IMG/VR virus record: IMGVR_UViG_3300031758_000014
Direction: 5' to 3' (one strand)
From: an uncultured virus (IMG/VR IMGVR_UViG_3300031758_000014)
Lineage: Duplodnaviria > Heunggongvirae > Uroviricota > Caudoviricetes
DNA: 62,753 nt
This document shows, one piece after another, positions 17,730 through 25,323 of this stretch; the first letter of the stretch is position 1; each line of letters begins with the position of its first letter. The position numbers and the translations under genes were made by a program. The notes under the pieces were generated by a model. The model did not search any database. It was not told the origin of the DNA and saw only the letters and a program-made list of their open reading frames with translations.

Positions 17730-18242
17730 ATGACACCAAATGTTACTTTAATACCAGATTATATCAACTCGGTTGATTTATTTGATTTTATTATAAACAA
17801 CTGTGACTTTGATAGATCTATGAAGGCACGTTGGACCGCATCATTTGGTAAGTCATATGATTATAACGGAATGAGTTATCGTGCTATTCCTTTCCCAGAC
17901 AATTTTACAAATATATTAAACTTGATTAGTGATACGATTGGATTTTTACCAAATAACTGTTTGATAAATCTTTATCATGATGGTAAGAGTTCAATGGGCT
18001 ATCATTCTGATAATACCGATATACTAACACCTGGAACTGGTGTGGTTATAATCTCATTGGGTAGTGACCGAATATTAAGATTTAAGAACAAGATAGATCC
18101 AACTATAATAGTTGATTATACTTTAACAAATGGTTCTTTATTTTACATGGATGACTTAGTTCAGTCAGATTGGTTACACTCAATTCCGAAGTCTGATACA
18201 ACATCACCTCGTATAAGTTTAACATTCAGAAATATAATATGA
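17730..18242 (+). CDS. AlkB-family 2OG-Fe(II) dioxygenase
   Basis: NCLINLY.DG..SMGYHSD, H.IPK, RISLTFR. Confidence 0.9.
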   Translation: MTPNVTLIPDYINSVDLFDFIINNCDFDRSMKARWTASFGKSYDYNGMSYRAIPFPDNFTNILNLISDTIGFLPNNCLINLYHDGKSSMGYHSDNTDILTPGTGVVIISLGSDRILRFKNKIDPTIIVDYTLTNGSLFYMDDLVQSDWLHSIPKSDTTSPRISLTFRNII

Positions 18243-18466
18243 TACATTGTCATATATGTTATTCTACTGATATTGATGAAGATTTCATATGTGATATGTG
18301 TGATCAATATTATTGTGAAGATTGTTCATACACATTTACATTACATTATCAACACCAAGGAGCAAGATGTTATTGGTGTTCTGATCAAAAGAGAAGAAAA
18401 CCTTTATCACCAGCTGATATAAGAGATAATAAGTTAAAAATAATTTTATGGAAAAATCACAATTAG
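18239..18466 (+). CDS. Cys-rich Zn-finger protein with C-terminal tag (RDNKLKIIL)
   Basis: Four CxxC pairs; shared motif. Confidence 0.7.
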   Translation: MIHCHICYSTDIDEDFICDMCDQYYCEDCSYTFTLHYQHQGARCYWCSDQKRRKPLSPADIRDNKLKIILWKNHN

Positions 18467-18861
18467 ATAATTTACTTAAAATTTACGTTATATTTCATAA
18501 AAACTTTTTCCATCATCCAGATTACATAATGGAAAAGTGGGATGCTATTATTGGAACCAAAGTAGAAAGAAAAATTTTAACAGAGACCTCTACAACTGGT
18601 CAAATTACTTGGTGTAATACTTGGTGTGTAAAATGGGAAGACTATTCTAATATAATTCATTTCTTTACGGTTTTAAGCTCTTATGACCTTGGTGAGATAA
18701 CACCAGGTAAAATTATTGATATATATGATAGTTATATTGGTGATCCACATTTAATAAATAAAACTAATTGGAATGGTATACACCGAGTTTCATTACATTA
18801 TATGGAAGACTATATTAAAAAATATTTAAGAGAATATAATTTAGAATTATGTTTAAGATAG
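18448..18861 (+). CDS. hypothetical protein with C-terminal tag variant (REYNLELCL)
   Basis: ORF track. Confidence 0.65.
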   Translation: MEKSQLDNLLKIYVIFHKNFFHHPDYIMEKWDAIIGTKVERKILTETSTTGQITWCNTWCVKWEDYSNIIHFFTVLSSYDLGEITPGKIIDIYDSYIGDPHLINKTNWNGIHRVSLHYMEDYIKKYLREYNLELCLR

Positions 18862-19079
18862 GAGATAGATTGGAATCAAGTGAATATGATAAAATTCAAA
18901 ATGGTATTGAATATGTCACTATAACAAGTATCAATAAGAAAAATAAAATTTATCATTGGGAAGCAGATGATAAATGGTTTGGTGGTAGAATTGTATCTGG
19001 ATATAGATTTGAAGATTCTAAACTTTATATTTCAAAAGAGGATAGAAGAGATAATAAACTAAATGATTTATTAAACTAA
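18849..19079 (+). CDS. hypothetical SH3-like protein with C-terminal tag (RDNKLNDLL)
   Basis: MFKIGD start; shared motif. Confidence 0.7.
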   Translation: MFKIGDRLESSEYDKIQNGIEYVTITSINKKNKIYHWEADDKWFGGRIVSGYRFEDSKLYISKEDRRDNKLNDLLN

Positions 19080-19081
19080 TT

Positions 19082-19309
19082 ATGTTTGTTATTATGTGTA
19101 AATTTAGAATTGGTGATATAGTTGAAATAGTTGCTATACCAAATAGTGAGTTATATAAAGTTATTAAATTTGATGGTGTTTTCATTGTTTGTAGAAACAT
19201 AAAACACTGTGATAATATAAAATATTCAGAGACATATTTCTTTGAGAGTGAGATTCATCTAAATAAATCCGAAACTAGAGATAATATTATAGATAACTTA
19301 TTAAGTTGA
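19082..19309 (+). CDS. hypothetical SH3-like protein with C-terminal tag (RDNIIDNLL)
   Basis: FRIGDIV; shared motif. Confidence 0.65.
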   Translation: MFVIMCKFRIGDIVEIVAIPNSELYKVIKFDGVFIVCRNIKHCDNIKYSETYFFESEIHLNKSETRDNIIDNLLS

Positions 19310-20006
19310 TTTTATCCATTTTCTGATAGCATTATCAGATACTCCATATCTTCGACCAGTCTCTTTATATCCAAACTCTTTTATTTCTTTTAATAAATCT
19401 TCAACCGATGGTCTATCTACTTTTCTAATTGATGTAGAATGACATTTATTACACATTTTGGATGTTTTTTTTATTTGTTTTCCACAAATACAATATTTAT
19501 TTTTAGATTTTTTATCATATTTTGATTTTCTTAGTTCCGATGAACTGCTCTTTTTTGTGGATTTACAGTATGTACTTGTCTGACTATGACAATTTGGACA
19601 CAATATTCTTAGATTTTCTAATCTATTATCTAAATTATCACCATTTTTATGATCTAAATGTAATGATATTGGTTTATCATTCCAGTTTTCTATACCACAT
19701 TCTTCACATTCATATATCTTTAAACCCTCATCAATTAGTCTTTTTTTAAGTTTATGTGTATTTGTATATGTTGAATTTTCAACTAAAATGTCTTCTATTG
19801 GGTATTTTTTATTAAAAGATCTGAATTTATCACCAGTGTTCCATGCCCTTCCGGTAATGACTTATATCAATATTATAAATATTGAAATATTTTTTTAAAC
19901 TCTTGTAGTTACCACCGATTGGTCTTATTCCAAGTTTTCTACAAACATCCGCTATTGATAGCGATTCAATAACAAATCTTTCTAATAAATCTTTATCATA
20001 CTTCAT
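19301..20006 (-). pseudogene. frameshifted HNH endonuclease (paralogue of 15366..16010)
   Basis: ATG at 20006 reads MKYDKDLLE..GGNYKSLKKY..IDISH; frame shifts near 19855 into TGRAWN..LDHKNG..ENLRILCPNCH..GVSDNAIRKW. Confidence 0.8.
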
Positions 20007-20076
20007 TATTATACATTTTAATTTTTTTTATATATTAAAATGTGTAGTCTTCCTTTACCAATGACTTTTAAGTTCG

Positions 20077-20159
20077 TACTCCTGGAGGGAGTTGAACCCT
20101 CACCCAAATCTATGGACAGCATTTTAAGTGCTGCGTGTCTGCCATTCCACCACAGGAGC
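20077..20159 (-). tRNA. tRNA-Leu(TAA)
   Basis: CAGCA CT TAA AA TGCTG; class II variable arm; A73. Confidence 0.9.
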
Positions 20160-20165
20160 AAATAA

Positions 20166-20269
20166 ATAGAGGAAAGTTTCAAAGAGTGAATGTGGATTTG
20201 AACCACTAAGTTTGATTTTAAGTCAAATTGTAAACCATTTACGAAGTAACTCTTTTGATCACCATCTAT
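20166..20269 (-). ncRNA. tRNA-like RNA (TAA anticodon loop) whose acceptor stem is replaced by the conserved stem module
   Basis: ATAGA TGGTGA TCAAAAGAGT TACTT, then D/anticodon/T hairpins, then ACTCTTTGA AACTTTCC TCTAT. Confidence 0.7.
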
Positions 20270-20273
20270 TTAG

Positions 20274-20346
20274 TTGGGAATGTGGGTTACGATCCCACTA
20301 CCTTTAGTATGTAACACTAACGCTCTCCCGATTGAGCTAATTCCCA
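20274..20346 (-). tRNA. tRNA-Val(TAC), T loop ATCGTAA
   Basis: TTAGT GT TAC AT ACTAA. Confidence 0.85.
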
Positions 20347-20355
20347 GTATTTTAG

Positions 20356-20428
20356 TAGGAGATATGGGTTACGATCCCATTGCCTTCACCATGTCGAAGT
20401 GACGCTCTACCAATTGAGCTAATCTCCT
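20356..20428 (-). tRNA. tRNA-Val(GAC), C33 and T loop ATCGTAA
   Basis: TCACT TC GAC AT GGTGA. Confidence 0.82.
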
Positions 20429-20437
20429 ATTATTTAG

Positions 20438-20507
20438 TACCGCACGTGAGGTTCGAACTCACTTAGTCAACCATATGAGGGTCGACCCTTTTCCACTAAG
20501 CCGCGGC
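20438..20507 (-). tRNA. atypical tRNA with CAT anticodon (Met or Ile2), shortened D arm
   Basis: GTCGACC CT CAT AT GGTTGAC; GTGAG TTCGAAC CTCAC. Confidence 0.6.
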
Positions 20508-20517
20508 ATTTACTTTG

Positions 20518-20591
20518 AGCACCAGGAGGGATTTGAACCCCCGTTAATACGCTTTGCAGGCGTATGCCTAAAACCACTCGACCACTGGTGC
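20518..20591 (-). tRNA. tRNA-Cys(GCA)
   Basis: TACGC CT GCA AA GCGTA; U73. Confidence 0.9.
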
Positions 20592-20596
20592 GTGTC

Positions 20597-21307
20597 TTAT
20601 TTTAACCATTTTCTTATAGTGTTATCAGAAACACCATATTTTCTACCAACCGATGAATATCCTAATTCAGATACCTCATGCTTAAGTTCTTCTATATCTG
20701 GTCTAATATTTTTTCGTTGTAGTAGTTTATAACATATATTACAATTAGTGGATTTTGAATTCATGAAATTACCACAACTACATTTTTTTTTATTTTCTTT
20801 TATTTTTTTCTCTTTCTCTTTTACTTTCTTTTTATTATTTTCACTCTTTGTCTTTTTACCAGAATAATTATCTGTTTTAGAATGACAATTTGGACATAAT
20901 ATCATTAGATTACTTAGATTATTATTAAATCTATCACCATCTATATGATGTAACTCAATTGGTATCTTCTCACCTAACCACTCACTTAAATTACAACTCT
21001 CACATATGTGATTTTTTATCCCGTCTTCTATTAACTTATTCTTTAATTTATGACTTGATAAATAAATATTATTATTTATATAATAAAGAGCTTCTTTTCT
21101 ACTATTTGATATTTTATACCCTTTAGCCCCTTGATTACCAAAATATTCAATACCCATTATATCTAAGTATGAATTAAGTGTGGAGTATCTACAATTTAAT
21201 ATTTTACATATTTCTATTTTTGGTTTATTTTCACTAACCATACTAATTATCAAATCTCTTTTCTCTAATATATCATGTCTCATTTTTTTTAATTCTTTTT
21301 TATACAC
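20597..21307 (-). CDS. HNH endonuclease with C-terminal HTH
   Basis: CESC..ELHHIDGD..NN...LCPNCHS; GVSDNTIRKW. Confidence 0.85.
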   Translation of the reverse strand: MYKKELKKMRHDILEKRDLIISMVSENKPKIEICKILNCRYSTLNSYLDIMGIEYFGNQGAKGYKISNSRKEALYYINNNIYLSSHKLKNKLIEDGIKNHICESCNLSEWLGEKIPIELHHIDGDRFNNNLSNLMILCPNCHSKTDNYSGKKTKSENNKKKVKEKEKKIKENKKKCSCGNFMNSKSTNCNICYKLLQRKNIRPDIEELKHEVSELGYSSVGRKYGVSDNTIRKWLK

Positions 21308-21335
21308 TATATATAAAAAAGTAATGTGTCTGTTG

Positions 21336-21426
21336 TATCAGTGGTCGGACTCGAACCGACAATGTTTTCCACGTGGGTATTAGTTCCTAAGACTAACGCG
21401 TTTCAACCAAATTTCGCCACACTGAC
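21336..21426 (-). tRNA. tRNA-Leu(TAG)
   Basis: TTAGT CT TAG GA ACTAA; long variable arm. Confidence 0.9.
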
Positions 21427-21432
21427 ATATCG

Positions 21433-21504
21433 AGCTGATGGAGGGACTTGAACCCCCATTTCATCTTTACAAGAGACGAGTAATGACCGTTATACGACAT
21501 CAGC
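21433..21504 (-). tRNA. tRNA-Thr(TGT)
   Basis: CGTCT CT TGT AA AGATG; GCTGATG acceptor. Confidence 0.88.
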
Positions 21505-21510
21505 ATTTAG

Positions 21511-21583
21511 TAGTTGATGCGGGTTACGATCCCACTACCTCCGACGTATCAGATCGGCGCTCTACCAATTGAGCTAATCAACT
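21511..21583 (-). tRNA. tRNA-Ile(GAT), T loop ATCGTAA
   Basis: CCGAT CT GAT AC GTCGG. Confidence 0.88.
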
Positions 21584-21589
21584 ATTTAG

Positions 21590-21662
21590 TAGTCCTACCG
21601 GGATTCGAACCCAGACGAAACGCTTAGAAGGCGCTTATGCTATCCAGTTACATCATAGAACC
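21590..21662 (-). tRNA. tRNA-Arg(TCT)
   Basis: AGCGC CT TCT AA GCGTT. Confidence 0.88.
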
Positions 21663-21670
21663 ATTTTTTG

Positions 21671-21755
21671 TCGGTAGGGTGGGATTTGAACCCACGTTAT
21701 ACTTTCGTATCCAGTGTATCAGACTGGTCCCTGAAAACCGCTCGGGTACCTACCG
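21671..21755 (-). tRNA. tRNA-Ile(GAT) with long variable arm
   Basis: CCAGT CT GAT AC ACTGG; ATAC GAAA GTAT variable hairpin. Confidence 0.8.
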
Positions 21756-22315
21756 TTTAATCTATCTAATCTTTTTTGTTCTTCTAAATTGAAATGTATT
21801 TCACCATGACAATTTCTACAAACTAAAATACATTTATCAACTTCACTTTTTAATTTCTCAAAAGAGTTTGTTTTTCCACTAATTGTAAAGTCTTTCTCTT
21901 CGGGGTTTAAATGGTGGAATTCTAATGATGTTATACATTTGTTATAACCACATATTTCACAATTATTACCTTTATACTCTACTAATTTTATTTTAACTCT
22001 TCTTCTCCATTCTATTACATTTCTCGAATTTCTATTATCTTCTCTTAATTTATCTGATTTATTTTTATATCTTTTAATTGTACTTATAGATAAGTTAAAT
22101 TTATCAGAAGCCTCTTTTATACTATGATTTTCACAATATTTTTTTATTTCATTTATATCCAAATCATTTACTTTTTTAAGTTTACCAATATCATTCATTC
22201 CATATCTCTTACAATGATATCCAATTGTCGATTTAGATATTTTTAGTTCTTTACTTATTTCATCATAACTTTTACCTTCATTTCTTAATTCAATTATTTT
22301 ATCTTTTGTTTTCAT
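21719..22315 (-). CDS. HTH-HNH endonuclease (paralogue of 4070..4621)
   Basis: CEICGYNKC..LEFHH..CILVCRNCHGEIH; 3' end overlaps tRNA-Ile. Confidence 0.85.
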   Translation of the reverse strand: MKTKDKIIELRNEGKSYDEISKELKISKSTIGYHCKRYGMNDIGKLKKVNDLDINEIKKYCENHSIKEASDKFNLSISTIKRYKNKSDKLREDNRNSRNVIEWRRRVKIKLVEYKGNNCEICGYNKCITSLEFHHLNPEEKDFTISGKTNSFEKLKSEVDKCILVCRNCHGEIHFNLEEQKRLDRLNGRYPSGFQGPV

Positions 22316-22383
22316 AATCTCTAATATATTTTACTTATATATTAAAACTTATGAGCTTTCTTTAACCATTTTGGTTAAGTTAG

Positions 22384-22457
22384 CGGATTTGATAGGACTC
22401 GAACCTACTATCTTCTGCTTAACAGGCAGTAGCTTATACCACTTAAGCTTCAAATCC
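22384..22457 (-). tRNA. tRNA-Asn(GTT)
   Basis: CTGC CT GTT AA GCAG; G73. Confidence 0.85.
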
Positions 22458-22469
22458 TTTATATTTTTG

Positions 22470-22557
22470 AGGGCCCGGTAGGATTCGAACCTACTTTATT
22501 TCAATTTTTCATACAGTGATTAACAGTCACCAGCTAAAACCATTAAGCTACTGACCC
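22470..22557 (-). tRNA. tRNA-Asn(GTT) with long variable region
   Basis: GGTGA CT GTT AA TCACT; about 20-nt A-rich variable region. Confidence 0.72.
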
Positions 22558-22568
22558 GTATGTAAAAT

Positions 22569-22602
22569 AAAAAACCCTCAGATTTTTTGTCTGAGGGTTT
22601 TT
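22569..22602 (-). terminator. attenuator terminator of tRNA cluster C
   Basis: AAAAACCCTCAGA/TCTGAGGGTTTTT hairpin. Confidence 0.88.
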
Positions 22603-22625
22603 CAAGTTTTTTATTCTATAAAAAT

Positions 22626-22742
22626 TTATAGAGTAGTTAAGTCATGAAAACCCTCACTATGTCTAATACATAACGTATTTAACACCATCACTGTATTCAG
22701 TGTGTTATTTACATTAATCATATTTAAGTTAATAGTTCTCAT
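22626..22742 (-). CDS. leader peptide C: MRTINLNMINVNNTLNTVMVLNTLCIRHSEGFHDLTTL
   Basis: Manual translation; first 27 residues use only N/L/M/I/V/T/C/R, matching the cluster; TGAGGGTTTT antiterminator. Confidence 0.85.
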   Translation of the reverse strand: MRTINLNMINVNNTLNTVMVLNTLCIRHSEGFHDLTTL

Positions 22743-22788
22743 TGTTTTTATATTTTAATTGTTTTTATTCTGTTTTAATTTTACTTTA

Positions 22789-22922
22789 CAAAGATACAAA
22801 AGTTTTTTAAATATCCAAAAAGTTTTTTTAATTTTTTATTATATATTAAAAAACTTTTCTCCCTTTTGTGTTTTTGTTATATTTATACTACAAATTTAGT
22901 AAAAAGTTTTAAATATACCAAA
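22789..22922 (-). promoter_or_regulatory. tandem Bacteroidota-type promoters of cluster C
   Basis: TTTG-N19-TAtcTTTG (22789-22819) and TTTG-N20-TAaaTTTG (22891-22922), with a TAATATATA motif between. Confidence 0.78.
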
Positions 22923-22925
22923 TTT

Positions 22926-23327
22926 TTATAATATTTTTTTCCAAAATCTTTCTGGAAGATGTATGTTCTCAATATTTACACACTCATTAAATAGTGGTGC
23001 AACATCTTTTGGTTTTAATCCAGCTAAACCACATCCTACTTCAGTTACTAAAAATATCAAATTCTGATTGTTTTTAGCAAATTCAATAAAATCATCAACA
23101 AATGGTTTTATCTCAACTATTGAAAGTGTTCTTCTAATAGAAGCGTCTTTGGTTGGTATTCCATAAGTTCTACCTTGTAAACCAGCGGCTTGACCCCATT
23201 TAGCTCCCCAGGTAAGAGCTTGTTTAGCTGCTCCTTTTCCGTGTCTACCAGATAAATTAGAACCAAAAACAAATATTTCATTTGTGTTTAGTTTTGTGAT
23301 GTTATCTGATGTTACTCTATTTTCCAT
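22926..23327 (-). CDS. macrodomain-like phage protein (A1S_2505-type)
   Basis: IFVFGSNL.G.HG.GAA; YGIPTK; VTEVGCGLAG. Confidence 0.75.
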   Translation of the reverse strand: MENRVTSDNITKLNTNEIFVFGSNLSGRHGKGAAKQALTWGAKWGQAAGLQGRTYGIPTKDASIRRTLSIVEIKPFVDDFIEFAKNNQNLIFLVTEVGCGLAGLKPKDVAPLFNECVNIENIHLPERFWKKIL

Positions 23328-23356
23328 ACGTGTTATATTAAAAATGAATAATAAGT

Positions 23357-23653
23357 TTATCTACCTCTTTTTCTATTGTGTGTTGTTGTACTATCATAGA
23401 AGTCAGGTTCTTTTTTAGAAACCCATTTTATGAATTTTTCCATCTCTGGATGTTCTTTAACCAACTCAGCATTATTATAATTCTTTTCTAATTCTTTTTC
23501 TGTAAATAATGAATGTATTTTTCGGTGACATATTTTATGTAACCATTCAGTTTCTTTACCACCTCTACATTTGGGAAGGAAATGGTGACGATCAACAAAT
23601 TGATTTTCCCACATTTCTCTATCACAAATAGGACAAATGCCAATTACTTTCAT
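23357..23653 (-). CDS. small HNH endonuclease
   Basis: MKVIGICPICD..HHFLPK..H.ICH.KIH; upstream part of the track ORF is tRNA-Ser. Confidence 0.8.
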   Translation of the reverse strand: MKVIGICPICDREMWENQFVDRHHFLPKCRGGKETEWLHKICHRKIHSLFTEKELEKNYNNAELVKEHPEMEKFIKWVSKKEPDFYDSTTTHNRKRGR

Positions 23654-23656
23654 AAG

Positions 23657-23743
23657 AGGAAGAAGTGGGAGTCGAACCCAGCCCGAGTTAACGAGCCCTT
23701 GTTTTCCAAACAAGTGAGAGGACCACCTCTTCTCGCATCTTCC
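23657..23743 (-). tRNA. tRNA-Ser(GGA)
   Basis: CTTGT TT GGA AA ACAAG; long variable arm. Confidence 0.8.
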
Positions 23744-23745
23744 GT

Positions 23746-23832
23746 TGGCGGAGAGCAGAGTATTCGAAACCCACACGTTGTCGTGCCACTCGCTTAGCAG
23801 GCGGTGCTGAGGACCTCCTCAGTTTACTCTCC
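23746..23832 (-). tRNA. tRNA-Ser(GCT)
   Basis: CT GCT AA loop; long variable arm; GCCA end. Confidence 0.82.
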
Positions 23833-23840
23833 ATTTATTT

Positions 23841-23927
23841 TGGCGGAAGAGTGAGGTATCGATCCCCATACCTTTCGGTACCACTAGTTTTCAAGACTAG
23901 GTCAAGCGCCAGCTTAATTACTCTTCC
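23841..23927 (-). tRNA. tRNA-Ser(TGA)
   Basis: CTAGT CT TGA AA ACTAG; long variable arm; GCCA end. Confidence 0.85.
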
Positions 23928-23935
23928 ATATGTTG

Positions 23936-24021
23936 CGGAAAGAGAGGGATTCGAACCCTCGGATCTTGTTTCAGATCTACGGTTTTCAAGACCGCTCCAC
24001 TCAACCAACGTTACCCTTTCC
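23936..24021 (-). tRNA. tRNA-Ser(TGA)
   Basis: GCGGT CT TGA AA ACCGT; long variable arm. Confidence 0.85.
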
Positions 24022-24029
24022 AATTTTTG

Positions 24030-24101
24030 TAGTCATAGAGGGAATTGAACCCCCACCTGATCGTTCGTAGCGACCTGTCCTATCCGTTAGACGATATGAC
24101 T
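24030..24101 (-). tRNA. tRNA-Arg(ACG)
   Basis: GGTCG CT ACG AA CGATC. Confidence 0.88.
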
Positions 24102-24105
24102 AAAT

Positions 24106-24138
24106 AAAAAAACCCTCAGATTATTAATCCGAGGGTTT
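24106..24138 (-). terminator. attenuator terminator of tRNA cluster D
   Basis: AAACCCUCGGAUUA/UAAUCUGAGGGUUU hairpin plus U-run. Confidence 0.88.
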
Positions 24139-24163
24139 ATTATATAATATTATTATTACCTAA

Positions 24164-24238
24164 TTATAAACACAATCGGATTACATGTCCACTACTCGAG
24201 CGACTTGACGAAACTAATATGTTTAAAATTGTTCTCAT
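24164..24238 (-). CDS. leader peptide D: MRTILNILVSSSRSSSGHVIRLCL
   Basis: Manual translation; SSSRSSS matches Arg(ACG) plus four Ser tRNAs; TAATCCGA antiterminator. Confidence 0.9.
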   Translation of the reverse strand: MRTILNILVSSSRSSSGHVIRLCL

Positions 24239-24296
24239 AATATTTTTTATTTCTTTGTTTATATATTACAAATGTAATACTTCCTTTTTAATTTTC

Positions 24297-24509
24297 CTAA
24301 TTTATTATTTCTTTTATTTCTTCTATTGTAAAAAGTTTACCTTTATTATCATTTTCACATTTAGTATAACCTTCAATAAATGCTTCAATTATATTTTTAT
24401 CGGTTATTCCTTTTTCTTCTGCCCATTTTTGAGCTTTCTTTTCAATCTTAGAAGGTTTTCTTCTATGATATGGTGTTAAGTCAGTATAGTTATCACTTCT
24501 TTCTGGCAT
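24297..24509 (-). CDS. hypothetical protein
   Basis: ORF track. Confidence 0.55.
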   Translation of the reverse strand: MPERSDNYTDLTPYHRRKPSKIEKKAQKWAEEKGITDKNIIEAFIEGYTKCENDNKGKLFTIEEIKEIIN

Positions 24510-24526
24510 ATTTGTTTTTTATTTTT

Positions 24527-24657
24527 TGGTAGGGAGATGGGACTCGAACCCATGACCACGCGGTTAACAGCCGAAGTAACTCTTCTAATCAACACTCTTT
24601 CGAGGTAAAGTTATAGAAAAGTAAAGTACGTGCTCTACCAACTGAGCTACTCCCTAC
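24527..24657 (-). tRNA. tRNA-Asn(GTT) interrupted by a 55-nt structured insertion between positions 28 and 29
   Basis: Removing 24574-24628 restores CGCGG CT GTT AA CCGCG; the insert is the conserved module closed by CTC-GAAA-GAG. Confidence 0.8.
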
Positions 24658-24674
24658 ATATATATTTTAATTTG

Positions 24675-24746
24675 TTGCCCCGGTGGGGATTGAACCCACG
24701 ATCCCCTGATTAAGAGTCAGGTGCTTTACCACTCAGCTACAAGGCA
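24675..24746 (-). tRNA. tRNA-Lys(CTT)
   Basis: CCTGA CT CTT AA TCAGG. Confidence 0.88.
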
Positions 24747-24752
24747 ATTTAG

Positions 24753-24825
24753 TGGAGCCGACGGGTTACGATCCCGTTCCTCTGGTTTTTCAGACCAGCG
24801 CAATGACCACATCTGCCACAGCTCC
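24753..24825 (-). tRNA. tRNA-Phe(GAA)
   Basis: CTGGT CT GAA AA ACCAG; identical to 25243-25315. Confidence 0.88.
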
Positions 24826-24835
24826 TTATATTTTG

Positions 24836-24909
24836 GGTGAATAACGGGCTACGATCCCGCGACCTCTGGATTCACAATCCAGCGCTCTTACCAACTGAGC
24901 TATATTCAC
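24836..24909 (-). tRNA. tRNA-His(GTG)
   Basis: CTGGA TT GTG AA TCCAG; C73. Confidence 0.88.
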
Positions 24910-24911
24910 AG

Positions 24912-24984
24912 TGACCCCGGTGGGTTACGATCCCACTCTCCCCATATTAAAAGTATGGTGCTTTCCCGATTAAGCTACGAAGTC
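24912..24984 (-). tRNA. tRNA-Lys(TTT)
   Basis: CCATA CT TTT AA TATGG; T loop ATCGTAA. Confidence 0.86.
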
Positions 24985-24994
24985 ATATTTTTAG

Positions 24995-25065
24995 CACGGG
25001 TACCAAGATTCGAACTCGGAACAACGGTTTTGGAGACCGGCATGATACCATTTCACTATACCCGT
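24995..25065 (-). tRNA. tRNA-Trp(CCA)
   Basis: CGGT CT CCA AA ACCG; G73. Confidence 0.88.
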
Positions 25066-25074
25066 GTATGTTAG

Positions 25075-25147
25075 CGCGTCACCAAGGACTCGAACCCTGA
25101 CCCTTCGGGTTGGAACCGAAGATGCTAAGCCATTACACCAATGACGC
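25075..25147 (-). tRNA. tRNA-Trp(CCA)
   Basis: TTCGG TT CCA AC CCGAA; G73. Confidence 0.85.
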
Positions 25148-25158
25148 TTGTATTTTAG

Positions 25159-25232
25159 TGACCCCGGTGGGATTCGAACCCACGGTCTTCCGATTAAAAG
25201 TCGGAGGCTTGAACCAACTCAGCTACGAAGTC
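25159..25232 (-). tRNA. tRNA-Lys(TTT)
   Basis: TCCGA CT TTT AA TCGGA; identical to 25410-25483. Confidence 0.9.
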
Positions 25233-25242
25233 ATATTTTTAG

Positions 25243-25315
25243 TGGAGCCGACGGGTTACGATCCCGTTCCTCTGGTTTTTCAGACCAGCGCAATGACCAC
25301 ATCTGCCACAGCTCC
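25243..25315 (-). tRNA. tRNA-Phe(GAA)
   Basis: Identical copy of 24753-24825. Confidence 0.88.
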
Positions 25316-25323
25316 TTATTTTG

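Noticed and set aside
24574..24628. Group I/II or bulge-helix-bulge intron in tRNA-Asn
   Set aside because: Only 55 nt, lacks catalytic core motifs, and is not at 37/38; kept as an unexplained module instead.
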